Origin: Mobula hypostoma
Lineage: Eukaryota
Assembly: GCF_963921235.1 (NCBI RefSeq)
Contig: NC_086097.1
Coordinates: forward strand, 252,652,001-252,716,000
DNA: 64,000 nt
Direction of reading: 5' to 3'
Shown piece after piece: positions 1 through 12,676 of the stretch. The notes below the pieces were generated by a model. That model saw only the letters and a list, made by a program, of their open reading frames with translations. It searched no databases and was not told the origin of the DNA. Made by a program: the position numbers and the translations under genes. The stretch's first letter is position 1. The number at the start of each line of letters is the position of its first letter.

Positions 1-840
1 CCTTTCTGTAGCTGTAATAGTATTCCTGACCAGTAATGCCACCACTCCCCCCCCCTTTTTCCTCCCTCTCTATCCCTTTTAAAGCACTGAAATCCGGGAA
101 TATTGAGAATCCATTCCTGCCCTGGTGCCAGCCAAGTCTCTGTAATGGCCACTACATCATAATTCCATGTATGTATCCAAGCTCTTAGTTCATCACCTTT
201 GTTCCTGATGCTTCTTGCATTGAAGTACACGCACTTTAGCTCTTCTACCTTACTGTCTTTACACCGTTTATTCTGCTTCTCTTTCCTCAAAGCCTCTTTA
301 TATGTTAGATCTGGCTTTACTCCATGCACTACACTTGTAGTTCTCGCATGACCTTTATCCTCCTCCACCTCACTATCTGCTCTAATACTCTGTTCCCCCC
401 ACCCCCCCGCAAATCTAGTTTAAACCCCCCGGAGCAGCACTGGCAAACCTTCCCGCAAGCATGTTAGTCCCCTCCAGTTCAGGTGCAACCCCTCCCGTTG
501 GAACAGGTCCCACCTTCCCTGGAACAAGGCCCAATTGTCCAGAAACATGAAGCCCTCCCTCCTGCACCAACTCCTTAGCCACGTATTTAGCTGCATTATC
601 TTCCTATTTCTAGCCTCACTAGCACGTGGCATAGGTAGCAATCCTGAGATTGCAACCCTGGAGGTCCAGTCCTTCAACTTTGCACATAACTCCCTAAGTT
701 CTCTTTGCAAGACCTCCTCCTTCTTCCTATCTACGTCATTGGTCCCTACATGGACCGCGACATCTGGCTGCTCACCCTCCCTCTTGAGAATACTGAGAAC
801 TCAATCCGAGATATCGCGGACCCTGGCACCAGGGAGGCAA
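1..840 (-). mobile_element. CR1 LINE fragment: ORF1 SGNH/GDSL-esterase domain plus start of ORF2 AP-endonuclease
   Basis: ORF 420-710 reads RVAISGLLP...LNTWLRSWCRREGFMFLDNW...GLHLN, matching CR1 ORF1 esterase blocks. Positions 1-230 resemble the ORF2 start of the other CR1 copies in this window. Confidence 0.85.
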
Positions 841-844
841 TAGA

Positions 845-1470
845 CTATCTAGTTAACCACATTATCATCCAGATCATTGATACAGATTACAAACAACAAA
901 GGACCCAGCAGGGATCCCTGTGGCACATCACTAGTCACAGCCCTTCAGTCAGAGAAGCAATCATCTACTACCACTCTCTGGCTTCTTCCACAAAGCCAAT
1001 GTCTGATCTAATTTACTACCTCATCCTGAATACCAAGTAACTGAACCTTCTTGACCAGCCTCCCATGCGGGGCCTTGTCAAGTGCCTTGCTAAAGTCCAT
1101 GTAGACAGCATCCACTGCCTTGTTTTCATCCACTTTCCTGGTACATTCCTTGAACAGCTCTATAAGATTGGTTGAACATGACCTACCACGCATGAAGCTA
1201 TGCTGACTATCCTTAATCAGTCCATATTTATCCAAATACTGTCCAAATATCTGCTCCCTTAGAATACCTTCCAATAACTTTTCCACAACAGATGCCAGAC
1301 TCACTGGTCTATAATTTCCTGGTTTCTGTTTAAAGCTGTTTTTAAACATCGGAATAACATTGACTATCCTCCTATCCTTTGGTACCTCTCCTGTTGCTAA
1401 GGATGTTTAAGATATCTCTGCTAGGGCCCCAGCAATTTCTACACTTGCCTCCAATGGAGTCCGAGGGAAC
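845..1470 (-). mobile_element. CR1 ORF2 reverse-transcriptase fragment, decayed
   Basis: [13 protein letters not shown]...QHSFMRGRSCSTNL...[14 protein letters not shown] (ORF 1008-1349). Confidence 0.85.
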
Positions 1471-1734
1471 ACCCTAAGACCATAAGACATAGGAGCAAAA
1501 TTAGGCCATTCAGTCCATTATGTCTGCTGGCATGTCATGGACAAGATGTACAAACTTTTTGCAGAGGTCAGAGGTCACTGGAATTGAACTCTGAACTTTG
1601 ATGCCCTGAGCTGTAATAGCGCCGTGGTAACCACTATGCTGCCATGATGCCTGATAACCATTCTCCTTATTTAGTTAGTGACAATTTAAAATTGATCAAC
1701 CTTCCTCCTTAACTTCCCATTGGAGTGCAGAGGG

Positions 1735-2545
1735 ATGGGTTACACTCGAACCCGAGAGGGACCAATATCTTTGTGGACGGGTTTGCTAGAGTTGGGGATG
1801 GAGTTGTTGGTTTACAAACCGAGGCAGTGTGTAGGTGAGACTGCGTACAAAAAGAGGATGATGAAATTGCACTCAACAGGATGAGCTGCAATGTAAAAGG
1901 GAGACAAGATCAAAAAAGATGATGAGTACAGGACTGACGGTGTTATATTTGAATGTGTGCAGTACACAGAATAAAGTGGTGAACTTGTAGCAGTTACAGA
2001 TTGGTAGGTAATAGATGTTGTAGGCCTCACTGAATCATGGCTGAAAGGTTATAGCTGGGAAGTTAGGAGAATAGACAAAGAAATGGCAAATGGAATACAT
2101 TTTTGGGAAGTGTATGATCATACACTTTGGTAGAAGACTGTTTTCAAAATGGAGAGAAAAGCTGAGAGTCAAATGGACTTGGAAGTCCTTGTGCAGGATT
2201 CCCTAAAGGTTAATTTGCCAGTTGAGTCTGTCGTGAGGAAGACAAATGCAATCTTAGCATTCATTTTGAGAGGACTAGGGTATAAAAACAAAGATGAGAG
2301 GGAATTTATTTCGCCAGAGACTGGTGAATCCATGGAATTCTTTGCCACAGTTAGCTGTGGGGGTCAAGTCTTTATGTATATTTAAGGCCGAGGTTGATAG
2401 TTGTTTCTTGATTGGTCAGGTCATTGGTACGGGGAGAAGGCAGAAGATTGGGGCTGAGAGGAAAAATGGATCAGCCATGATGAAATGACAGAGCAGACTC
2501 GATGGGCCAAATGGCCCAATTCTGCTCCTATATCTTATGGTCTTA
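1735..2545 (+). mobile_element. Heavily deleted CR1 fragment ending in its 3' tail
   Basis: KVNLPVESVVRKTNAILAFI; ends in the CR1-type terminus ggcccaattctgctcctatatcttatggtctta. Confidence 0.75.
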
Positions 2546-2860
2546 TAGCCCTCCATTTGTCTATCATCCATGTGCCTATATAAGAGTTTCTTAAATGTCT
2601 CTAATGTACTCACCTCAACCACCACCTCTGGCAGAATATTTCACACACCTGTCATTCTCTGTGTATAAGCACCTACCCCTAATATCCCCTCTCTATTTTC
2701 CTCCAATCACCTTAAAATTATGTTGCCTGGTGTTAGCCATCTCCTCCCTGGGGAAAAGTCCCTGGCTGTCCACTCAATCTGTGCCTCATCATCTTGTACA
2801 CCTCGATCAAGTCACCTCTCACTCCCCTTCACTCCAAAGAGAAAAGCCCTAGCTCACTCA
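2546..2860 (-). mobile_element. CR1 3' fragment
   Basis: VVEVSTLETFKKLLYRHMD, the CR1 ORF2 C-terminal motif. Confidence 0.7.
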
Positions 2861-3042
2861 CTCAACTTACCCTCAAGAGAGAAAAGAATATTAGATGAAT
2901 ACTGCCAACGACTACTAGTCCATGGAGGCATATAATGAAGAGGTGAGGTCCATAAACACAAACTGTGTCACTGGGTGACTGTGTGGACACTCACCCCATT
3001 CCAACCTGTGGGCAAATACATCCACCCCTCCAGAGAACATAC

Positions 3043-3375
3043 AGGCCAGCATGGTAGCATAGTGCTTAACGCATTGCTTTACAATGTGCCAGCTGTAAGG
3101 TTGGGGTTCAATTCTCGCCGCTGTCTGTATGGATTTGTACATTCTCCCTTTGATCACGTAGTTTCCTCCAGATGCTCGGGTTTCCTCCCACAGTCCAAAG
3201 ACGTACCAGTTAGAGTCAGTGAGTTGTGGGCATGCTATATGCCGCAGGAAGCATGGCAACACTTGTGGTCTGCCCAGCACAATCCCCACTGATTTGATTT
3301 GACACAGACAATGTGTTTCACTGTATGTTTTGAGGTTTTGATGCACTTGTGGCAAATAAAGCCAATTGTTACTCT
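3043..3375 (+). mobile_element. tRNA-derived V-SINE (HE1-like)
   Basis: A-box-like tggtagcatagtg and B-box-like ggttcaattc, followed by the V-domain-like gtttcctcccacagtccaaagacgt and an AT-rich tail. Confidence 0.7.
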
Positions 3376-3487
3376 TGAAGCTGCCATTTGGAGCAGCACA
3401 ATCCTCTGTACAGAAGGCATAGTTTCCTCCAAGTCACACGAATAAAAATTATTTACTGATTAAAAATGCAATCTGATGTAATATATA

Positions 3488-4050
3488 AACACAAAATGCT
3501 GGAGGAACGCAGCAGGTCAGGCAGCATCTATGGAAATGAATAACCAGTTGACATTTCAGGCCAAGAGCTTTCATCAGGACTGGGAAGGAAGGGGGAAGAT
3601 GCCAGAATAATAAGGTGGGGGTAAGAGAGAGGAAGGCAAGCTGTCAGGTGATAGGTGAGGGGGAAGGTAGGTGGGTGGGGGAGAGTGGATGAAGTAAAAA
3701 GCTGGGAGGTGATAGGTGGAAGAGGTAAAGGGCTGAAGATGAATGAAACTGATAGGAGAGGAGACTGGACCATGGGAAAGTGAGAAGGAGGAATTATATG
3801 AGATGTTCTCCTCCAACCTGATGGCATGAACATCAATTTCTCTAACTTTCGGTAATTTCTTCCCCTTCCCCTTTCCCTCTTCTTCCAATCCCCACTCTGG
3901 CTCCCCTCTTACACCTTCTCTTCTCCTCACCCCGAGAGTGGCCTCATCATGGCAGTAGAGGAGGCCATGTTGGGATGGGAATGGGATTGGAATTTAAATG
4001 CGTGGCCACCGGGAAATCCCGTCTTTTGTGGTGGGCGGAGCTCACCAAAG
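3488..4050 (-). mobile_element. Penelope-like element 3' end/pseudo-LTR (older subfamily), with an internal inverted piece at ~3811-3930
   Basis: Homologous to 13950-14530. Carries a degenerate hammerhead core on the minus strand at 3546-3581 (agtc CTGATGA aagctcttggcct GAAAT GTC aact). Confidence 0.75.
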
Positions 4051-4638
4051 CGGTAGCTAATTTATTAATGCTTGTGTTAGTGGGAAGAGATGAGTTTCTC
4101 AATACATTTGAAAATGATCAATAATCTTGTATTTATATCACACATATATGTATTTTTAAAGCTCACTTAAACACATCTGAGTATCTACTAAGGATATTTT
4201 CTGTTTGTGATTTTTTTATGACATCTGGAAATCTGTAAGCACATCTCCGAGTAGTGTGGCAGCAGTCATTAACGACAGAGTTTCAGGGATTTACAGAAAT
4301 AATCAGTCACAGAAATTGCTTTTATGAAGGTCATGGTGGGTGGGTGAGAGCGAAAATGTGCCTTATAACATGTCACCCTTTAGTATTCCTGTATTTCAGA
4401 TTGTGCATTTCCCATTCTGGAAAGCTGAGTTACTTTCAAGTATTAAATTCTCAGCCATTGCCAGTGAAGTAATGTAGAAAGGTTCACTTTCAGCTTGTGG
4501 AATTAATCAGAATAAGTTAAATCATCTGTACAAAGCCTGAAATATAACATCTGCCTGTTCTGCTTCACCTCCTGGTACTTTCATGGTAACCTGTTCAGTC
4601 CTGACTGGATGGCTGTCACCAATTCATCTGCTTTAGAA

Positions 4639-4934
4639 CATGGGACATGGGAAATGGGACACGGGACATAGAACATGGGACATGGGAAATGGAACATGGG
4701 ACATAGAACATGGGACATGGGACATAGAACATGGGATATGGAAAATGGGACAGAGGAAATGGGACATGGGACATAGAACATGGGACATGGGACATAGAAC
4801 ATGGGACATGGGAAATGGGACATGGGACACAGAACATGGAACACGGGAAATGGGACATGGGACATGGGACACGGGACACGGGACATGGGACATGGGACAT
4901 GGGGCATGGGACATAGAATATGGGACGTGGGACG
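4639..4934. repeat. Heptamer tandem array (CATGGGA)n with AATGGGA/CACGGGA/CATAGAA variants, ~42 units
   Basis: Direct 7-bp periodicity. Confidence 0.95.
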
Positions 4935-4982
4935 AGATGGCCTGTTTCCATGCTGTAATTGTTATACGGTTATATGGTTACA

Positions 4983-5475
4983 GAGCCAGTGTTCTGTTGG
5001 GTGTCAGATGTGCGATATCCAGGAGACTCCCAGCTTCACTGATGGCCACATCTGCACCAGGTGCATTGAAATGCAGCTCCTTAGAGACCGTATGAGGGAA
5101 TTGAAGCTGCAGCTCGATGACCTTCGGCTTGTTAGGCAGTGATAGACAGGAGCTACAGGAGACAGATAAATGGGTGACTGTCAGGAGAGGGAAGGGAGAA
5201 CGTCAGATAGTGGAGAGCACCCCTGGGGCTGTACCCCTCGACAATAAGTACCTTGTTTGAGTACTGTTGGGGGGGGGTGGACAGCCTACCTGGGGGAAGC
5301 AACAGTGGCTGCGCCTCTGGCACAGAGTCTGACCCTGAGGCTCAGAAGGGTAGGGAAAGGGAGAGGATGTCAGCAGTGATAGGGGACTCTAGTTAGGGGG
5401 TCAGACAGGCGATTTTGTGGATGCAGGAAAGAAACACGGATGGTAGTTTGCCTCCCAGGTGCCAGGATCCATGAT
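4983..5475 (+). mobile_element. CR1 ORF1 fragment (zinc finger and leucine-zipper N-terminus)
   Basis: CVGCQMCDI...HICTRCIEMQLLRDRMRELKLQLDDLRLVR; same family as the ORF1s at 15654 and 51198. Confidence 0.85.
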
Positions 5476-5641
5476 GAAGGCAGTGATCATAATATGATTG
5501 AATTCATACTGCAATTTGAGAGGGAGAAGCACAAATGACAAGCAGGGTGGACAAAGGAGAGGCAGTGGATGTCATTTACCTGGATTTTCAGAAGGCATTT
5601 GATCAGGTGCCACACATGAGGCTGCTTAACAAGATAAACTC

Positions 5642-8302
5642 CTAGCATCTTATAAGCTCCATGTACCTATCTAGGAGTCTTTTAAAAGACTCTATTGTAT
5701 CCATCTCTACCACCATCACTGGCAGTGCATTCCACACACCCACTGCTCTCTGTGTGAAAAACTTACCTCTGACATCCCCTCTGTACCTGCTTCCAAGCAC
5801 CTTAAAACTATGCCTCCTCATGTCATCCCTGGGAAAAAGCCTCTGGCTATCCACATGATCAATGTCTCACCTCTATCAGGTCACCTCTCTTCAAATTTGA
5901 CCTTCCAGAATGAACCACTTCACACTTATCTGGGTTGAACTCCATCTGCCACTTCTCAGCCAAGTTCTGCATCCTATTGATGTCATGCTGTAACATCTGA
6001 CAACACTCTAGATTATCCATAACAGCCCCAACTTTTGTATCATCATCAAATTTACTAACCCACCCTTCTACTTCATCATCCAGATCTTTTATAAAAATTA
6101 CAGAGAGGGGGGGTCCCAGTACAGATCCCTGCGGAACACCACTGGTCACCATCCCTCATGCAAGATACGAACATCTACAACCACCCTTTGCCTTCCATAG
6201 GCAAGCCAGTCCTGGATCCATGCCTCCTTACTTTCTGAATGAGCCTTGCATGGGGAACCTTATCAAATGCCTTACTGAAATATACACTACAAATTTAGCC
6301 ACAAATCCATTAATCCCTTAGTCCAAATCATTGATATACATCATAAAAAGCAGCGGTTCCAACACCGACCTCTATGAAACTCCATTGGTAATGCAGCCAG
6401 CCAGAATGAGATCCCTTTATTCTCACTGTTTTCTGCCGATCAGCCAATGCTCCACCCATACTAGTAACTCCCCTGTAATTCCATGGGCTCTTATCTTGCT
6501 AAGCAGCCTCATGTGCGGCATATTGTCAAAGGCCTTCTGAAAATTCAAGTACACCACGTCTACTGCATCTCCTTTGTCTACCCTGCCTGTAATTTCCTCA
6601 TAAAATTCCAGTACATTAGTCAGGCAGGATTTTCCTTTCAGGAATCCATACTGGCTTTGGCCTATCTTGTCATGTGCCTCCAGGTACTCCATAATCTTAT
6701 CCCTAACAATCAATTCCAACAACTTTCCAACCATTGATGTCAGGCTACCAGGTCTATAGTTTCCTTTCTGCTGCCTACCACCGTTCCTAAATAGCAGAGT
6801 AACATTTTCGAGTTTCCGGTCATCCGGTACAAAGCCAGAATCTATCAATTCTTGAAAAGTCATTGTTAATGCCTCCACAATCTCTCCAGCTACTTCCTTC
6901 AGAACCCAAGGGTGGATTCCATCAGGTCCAGGAGATTTATCCACCCTCAGACCATTAAGCTTCCTAATCCCATTGAGCCAAAGCCCTTAAGCCTTCACTC
7001 TGCTCCTGGCTCACTCCGCTGCCTGCAAGACCACACTGCCCGCTCTATAAGGCTGTGTTCCTTTTAAATCTTCCACGCTTTACTGCCTGACGTCACACGC
7101 CTGCACAGTCCCACCTCTCTTAACTCCGATGATAAGAAGAAAAAAATCAAAATGGCTCCCACCGCACTCCTGCTCCGATTCTCAAACTTCCTTCTCCGAA
7201 TGCCTTGGGGTTTTCCTTCATCCTGCTTGCCAAGGCCCTCTCATGGCCCCTTCTAACTTTCCTAATTTCATTTTTAAGCCCCTTCCTGGCAACCTTATAA
7301 TTTTCTAGAACTGTAACAGTACCTGGTTTCTTGAACCTTTTGTAAGCTAGATCTTCTTAACTGGGTTTTCTACATCCTTTGTACACCATGGTTCTTTTAC
7401 CCTACCATCCTTTCCCTGCCTCAATGGAACATACCTATGCAGAATGCCATGAAAATGTTCCCTAAACATTTGCCATACATATTTCTGCTGTGCATTTCCC
7501 TGAGAACATCTGCTCCCAATTTATGTTCCCAAGCTCCTGCCTAATAGCATCATATTTTCCCCACCCCAATTAAATGTTTTCCAAAATTGTCTGCTCCTAT
7601 CCCTCTCCAGTGCTATGGTGAAGGTCTCCAGTGCTATGGTGAAGGAGATAGAGTTGTGATCACTACCTCCAAAATGCTCTCCCACCTAGAGATCTGACAC
7701 CTGACTGGGTTCATTTCCCAATACCAGCTCAAGTACAGCCTCTCCTCTTGTTGGTTTATCTGCAAGATTGTGTCAGGAAACCTTCCTGACCACACCTAAC
7801 AAACTCCACCCAATCCAAACCCCTTTCTCTAAGGAGATGCCAATCAATATTAAGAAAGTCAAACTCTCCCATCACAACAACCCTATTATTTTGCACCGTT
7901 CCGGAATCTGCCTCCCTTTCTGGTCCTTAACATCTCAGTGACTATTGGAGGGAGACATTAAAAACACCCAGTAGGGTTATTGCACCTTTCCTGTTTCTGA
8001 CTTCCACCCACACTGACTCAATAGACAATCCCTCCATGGCTTCCTCCTTTTCTGCAGCTGTGACATCATCCCTGATTAGCAGTGCCATGCCCCCACCTCT
8101 TTTACCTCCCTCCCTGTCCTTTTTGAAACATCTAAAGCCCGGCACACTCAGCAGCCATTCCTGCCTCTGAGCCATCCAAGTCTCTGTCATGGCCACAATG
8201 TCACAGTTCCACATATTAATCCAGGCTCTAAGTTCATCCGCCTTGTTTATCATACTCTTTGCATTAAAATAGACTCATCTCAAACTATCAGGCTGAGTGC
8301 AT
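5642..8302 (-). mobile_element. Cluster of CR1 fragments (3' end, RT, 5'UTR piece at ~6970-7200, endonuclease)
   Basis: [11 protein letters not shown]...KFDDDTK; DKSPGPDGIHP...NYRPGSLTS; KADELRAWIN...DIVAMTETW. Confidence 0.85.
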
Positions 8303-9052
8303 CGTTGGGCAAAAAAGTGGCAGATGGAATAATGCTTTGGGAAATGTATGATAAAGCATTTTGGTAAAAGGAACAATAGTGTAGACCATTGTCTAAATGG
8401 GGAGAAAATTCAAACATTAGAGGTGCAGAGGGAATTAGGAGTCCTCGTGCAAGGCTCCCAGAAAGTTAATTTACAGGTCGAGTCTGTTGTAGAGAAGGCA
8501 AATGCAATGTTGGCGTTTATTTCAAGGGGAATAGAATATAAAAGCAAGGAGATAATGCTGAGACTTTATAAGACACTAGTTAGGCCACACTTGGAGTATT
8601 GTCAACAGTTTTGTGCCCCGTATCTCAGAAAGGGTGTGTTGTTATTGGAGAGAGTCCAGAGGAGGTTCACAAGGACGATTCTGGGAATGAAGGGGTTAAC
8701 ATAGGAGGAATGTTTGGCAGGTTTGGGCCTGTACTCACTGGAATTTCGAAGAATTCAGGGGATCTCATTGAAGCCTACCGAATATTGGAAGGACTAGATT
8801 GGGTGGATGTGGAGACGATGTTTCCTCTGCTGGGGGTATCCAAAACTAGCGGGTGGTGAATTTGTGGAATTTATTACCACAGGCAGCTGTGGAGGCCAGG
8901 TCACAGGGAATATTTAAGGCAGAGCTTGATAAGTTCTTGATTAGACATGGCATCAAAGGTTACGGGGAGAAGGCCTGAGAGTGGGGCAGAGGTGTGGAGC
9001 AGACTCGATGGCCCAAAAGGCCTAATTCTGCTCCTATGTCTTATGGTCTTAT
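8303..9052 (+). mobile_element. CR1 ORF2 3' end with tail
   Basis: RLYKTLVRPHLEYC...ERVQRRFTR; tail cctaattctgctcctatgtcttatggtcttatg. Confidence 0.85.
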
Positions 9053-9813
9053 GATCTTATCAGTCTTCACTGTGGAAGACACTAGCTGTATGGGGGATGT
9101 TCCAGGTGTCAGGGGTCATGAAGTGTGTGAAGTTACCATAACCAGAGAGAAGCTTCTTGGGAAACTGAAAGGTCTGAAGGTAGACAAGTCACCTGGACCA
9201 GATGGTGTACACCCCAGGGTTCTGAACGAGGTGGCTGAAGAGATTGTGGAGGTATTAGTAATGATTTTTTAAGAATCACTAGATTCTGGAATGGTTCTGG
9301 AAGACTAGAAAATTGCAAATGTCACTTCACTGTTCAAGAAGGGAGAGAGGCAGAAGAAAGGAAACTATTGGCCAGTTAGTCTGACCTCAGAGGTTGGAAA
9401 GATGTTGAAGTCGATTATTAAGGATGAGGTCTCAGGGTACTTGGAAGCACATGATAAAATAGGCCATGGTCAGCATGGTTTCCTCAGGGGAAAATCTTGC
9501 CTGACAAATCTGCTGGCATTCTTTGAAGAAATAACAAGCAGGATACACAAACAAGAACTGGTTGATATTATATACTTGGATTTTCAGAAAGCCTTTGACA
9601 AGGTGCCACACATGAGGCTGTTTAACAAGCTACAAGCCCGTGGTATTACAGGAAAGATTCTAGCATGGATAAAAGATTGGTTGATTGGCAGGAGACAAAG
9701 AGTGGGAATAAATGGAGCCTGTCCTGGCTGGGTGCTAGTTGCCTAGTGGTGTACCACAGGGATCTGTGTTTGGACCAATTCTTTTTATATTATCTGTCAA
9801 TGATTTGGATGAT

Positions 9814-10612
9814 AAGAACATAAGAACTTAAGAAATAGGAGCAGGAGTAGGCCATCTGGCCCATCGAGCCTGCCCTGCCATTCAATAAGATAAACTCAGC
9901 TTCATCTACCTGCCTTTTCCCCATAACCCTTAATTCCCCTACTATGTAAAAATCTATCTAAACTTTATCTTAAGTATATTTACTGAGGAAGCCTCAACTG
10001 CTTCCCTGGGCAGAGAATTCCACAGATTCACCACTCTCTGGGAAAAACAGTTTCTCCTCATCTCCGTCCTAAATCTTCTCCCCTGAATCTTGAGGCAATG
10101 TCCCCTAGTTCTAGTCTCACCTACCAATGGAATCAACTTTCCTACTTCTATCTTATCTATCCCTTTCAAAATTTTGTATGTTTCTATAAGTTCCCCTCTC
10201 ATTCTTCTGAACTCCAGAGACTATAGTCCCAGGCAACTCATCTCTCCTCATAAGTTAACCCCTTCATCCCTGGAATCAACTTGGTGAACCTCCTCTGCAC
10301 CGCCTCCAAAGCCAGTATATCCTTCCTTCCTCAAGTAAGGAGACGAGAACTGCACACAGTACTCCAGGCGCATCCTCACCAGTACCCTGTATAGTTGCAG
10401 CATGACCTCCCTGCTCTTGAATTCAATCCCTCTAGCAACGAAGGCCAACATTCCGTTTGCCTTCTTAACAACCTGTTGTACCTGCAAGCCAACTTTTTGC
10501 GATTCATGAACAAGTACTCCCAAGTCCCTCTGCACAACAGCATGCTGCAATCTTTCACCATTTAAATAATAATCTGCTCTACTATTATTCCTTTCAAAGT
10601 GGATGATCTTGC
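9814..10612 (-). mobile_element. 5'-truncated CR1 inserted antisense into the host CR1
   Basis: Reversed tail aagaacataagaac at 9814; atgat duplicated at 9809-9813 and 10613-10617. Confidence 0.8.
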
Positions 10613-10862
10613 ATGATGGAATTGATGGCTTTATTGGAAAGTTTGCAGACGATATGAAGATCGGTGGAGGGGCAGGTAGTTCTGAGGAAGTAGAGAAGCT
10701 ACAGAAGGACTGAGACAGATTAGGAGAATGGGCAAAGAAATGGTAGATGGAATACAAGTGTGGGGAAGTGTATGGTCATGCACCTTGGCAGAAGAAATGA
10801 AAGGGTAGACTATTTTTGAAACAGAGAGAAAATATAAAAACTTAGGTGCACAGACTTGTGAG

Positions 10863-11900
10863 CAATGTTCCCTCTAACTTTCAGTAGTCAGTGTGCGCAA
10901 AAATCTTATGTTGTACAAATGTTTTTCCTGTGACAAAAGTATATGCGCACTGAATGCACACGTGGCACAGTTTATGTAGGTTTACAAAATATGTAGGTGC
11001 ACAAAATGACATACATGTTTAAGTCACTGTTATTTTTTCTCTCTCCTGTCTTTGGCATTTACCCATTCTTTGTAAACTCTATTTCGACTAATAGAACTTT
11101 CATCCAATTGATAGCTTTTGATTCTCATTAACATATCCAAATGACATTCACCTAAACAGTTTCTCAGCTTGTTTTTGAGTTGATTCATTAGGATAAAGCC
11201 TCGCTCACAGTCTGCACCAGCCGCAAGAAAGGTTCCCCCAATGTCCATCAACTGTGCAAGGTCGCAAAACTGTTCATTTTGAAGTACAAATGCCACCATT
11301 TGAGCAAAGTTTGAAATCAGTTTAGATTTAATTTTTTCTTGCACGGAAAATTTGAGATCATTAAACTGTCTAACTATTACAGTATTTTCAGCTAGAAAAT
11401 CATGATATTTTAGACGTAAGGCATTAACTTGTTCATCGCCAAATGTGAAGTCACTATCTGCAATTGCGAAGAAATCAAAAGCTGACCATTCTTGTACCTC
11501 ATCTTCAGGAAACATTTCTTCTAAATGAACACAAAGTCCATTTATAGAAGTCAACAGCGAACTTGTAGCTATTGTGAGGTTTTCTTCACGTTGTTGGCTT
11601 AACAAAACTTTAACTTTGTCACTCCACGAAACATTGTCTCCCAGATACTACTTTCTTATCTTGTTAATTTTGACTTGCGCAAAATAAAGTGAATCAATCG
11701 ATGACGTGCATTGTGGTATTTGAAAAACCGACTAACTAGTTAACAGAAACATTTAGCTGAAAGATTATTTTCAATAAGTATAATTATTAATTAGTACGTT
11801 ATTTTAGGTAACTAACCTTTTGTGCACACACTAATTACCTTTGTGCGCTGGTTGAAAAACGTGTGTGCGCACACACGCACACAGCTTAGAGAAAACACAG
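10863..11900 (-). mobile_element. Non-autonomous hAT DNA transposon (1038 bp) with 8-bp TSD
   Basis: TSD cttgtgag at 10855-10862 and 11901-11908; imperfect 15-bp TIRs caatgttccctctaa / ttagagaaaacacag; internal transposase remnant. Confidence 0.9.
11030..11605 (-). pseudogene. hAT transposase C-terminal (dimerisation domain) remnant
   Basis: ADCERGFILMNQLKNKLRNCL...LDMLMRI matches the hAT C-terminal CERxFS...K..LRN.L motif; the N-terminal part is absent. Confidence 0.8.
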
Positions 11901-12676
11901 CTTGTGAGTCCTTGTGCAGGAGTCCCTAAAGGTTAATTTGCAGGTTGTGGTGAAAAAGGCAAATACAATGTTAGCATTCATTTCCAGAGGATGAGAATGT
12001 AAAAGCAAAAATGTAATGTTGAGACCTTATAAAGCACTGGTGAGGCCTCACTTGGAGTATTCTGAGCAATTTTGAGCCCCTTTATCTTCTAAAGGATGTG
12101 CTGAAACTGGAGAGGATTCATAAAATGATTACAGGATTGAATTGCTTGTATATGAAGATCGTTTGATGGTTCTGGGCCTGTATTTGCTGGAATTCAGAAG
12201 AATGAGGGTTGGCTTCTTTGAAACCGTATACTCCGTCACCCGCTCCTCTGATGCCCGCTCTGTAAATCTCTCTTCCTTTTATATGGTTTATATGGTTAAA
12301 CCTATCGAATGGTTAAAGGCCTTGAATCCTTTTCAGAAAGGTGCAATAGCAACCATTTATAATATAATTATGAAAATACGTCCAGACTCATCTGATAAAA
12401 TTAAGAATGATTGGGAAAGGGAACTTAAGCTTACTTTACCTATTGAACAATGGGACCAAATTCTTCAATTAGTTAATTCATCCTCTATATGTGCTAAACA
12501 TGCGCTGATATAAAGTAGTACATAGGGCCCATATGTCTAAGGATAAATGAGCTCATTATTACTCTCATATAAATCCTGTATGTGATAGATGTCACTCTGA
12601 GATAGCTTCTTTAACTCATATGTTTTGGTCATGTCCTGTTTTGAAAAATTTTGGAAAGATATCTTTGATATTATTA

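Noticed and set aside
3043..3125. tRNA gene
   Set aside because: A/B boxes continue into a SINE body and no cloverleaf is evident.
4581..4627. Possible minus-strand terminal exon DELVTAIQSGLNRLP*
   Set aside because: Weak acceptor abutting the satellite and no independent support.
4581..5142. Overlapping Cys/Pro/His- or Trp/Gly-rich ORFs
   Set aside because: Translations of the heptamer repeat, partly run into CR1 ORF1.
12142..12513. 123-aa ORF
   Set aside because: Chimeric read-through of CR1, a small insert and L1 sequence.
12620..12676. Native start of the 506-aa ORF, or an L1-Penelope fusion gene
   Set aside because: The first 19 codons are frameshifted L1 sequence plus the TSD; the in-frame junction looks accidental and I see no promoter evidence.
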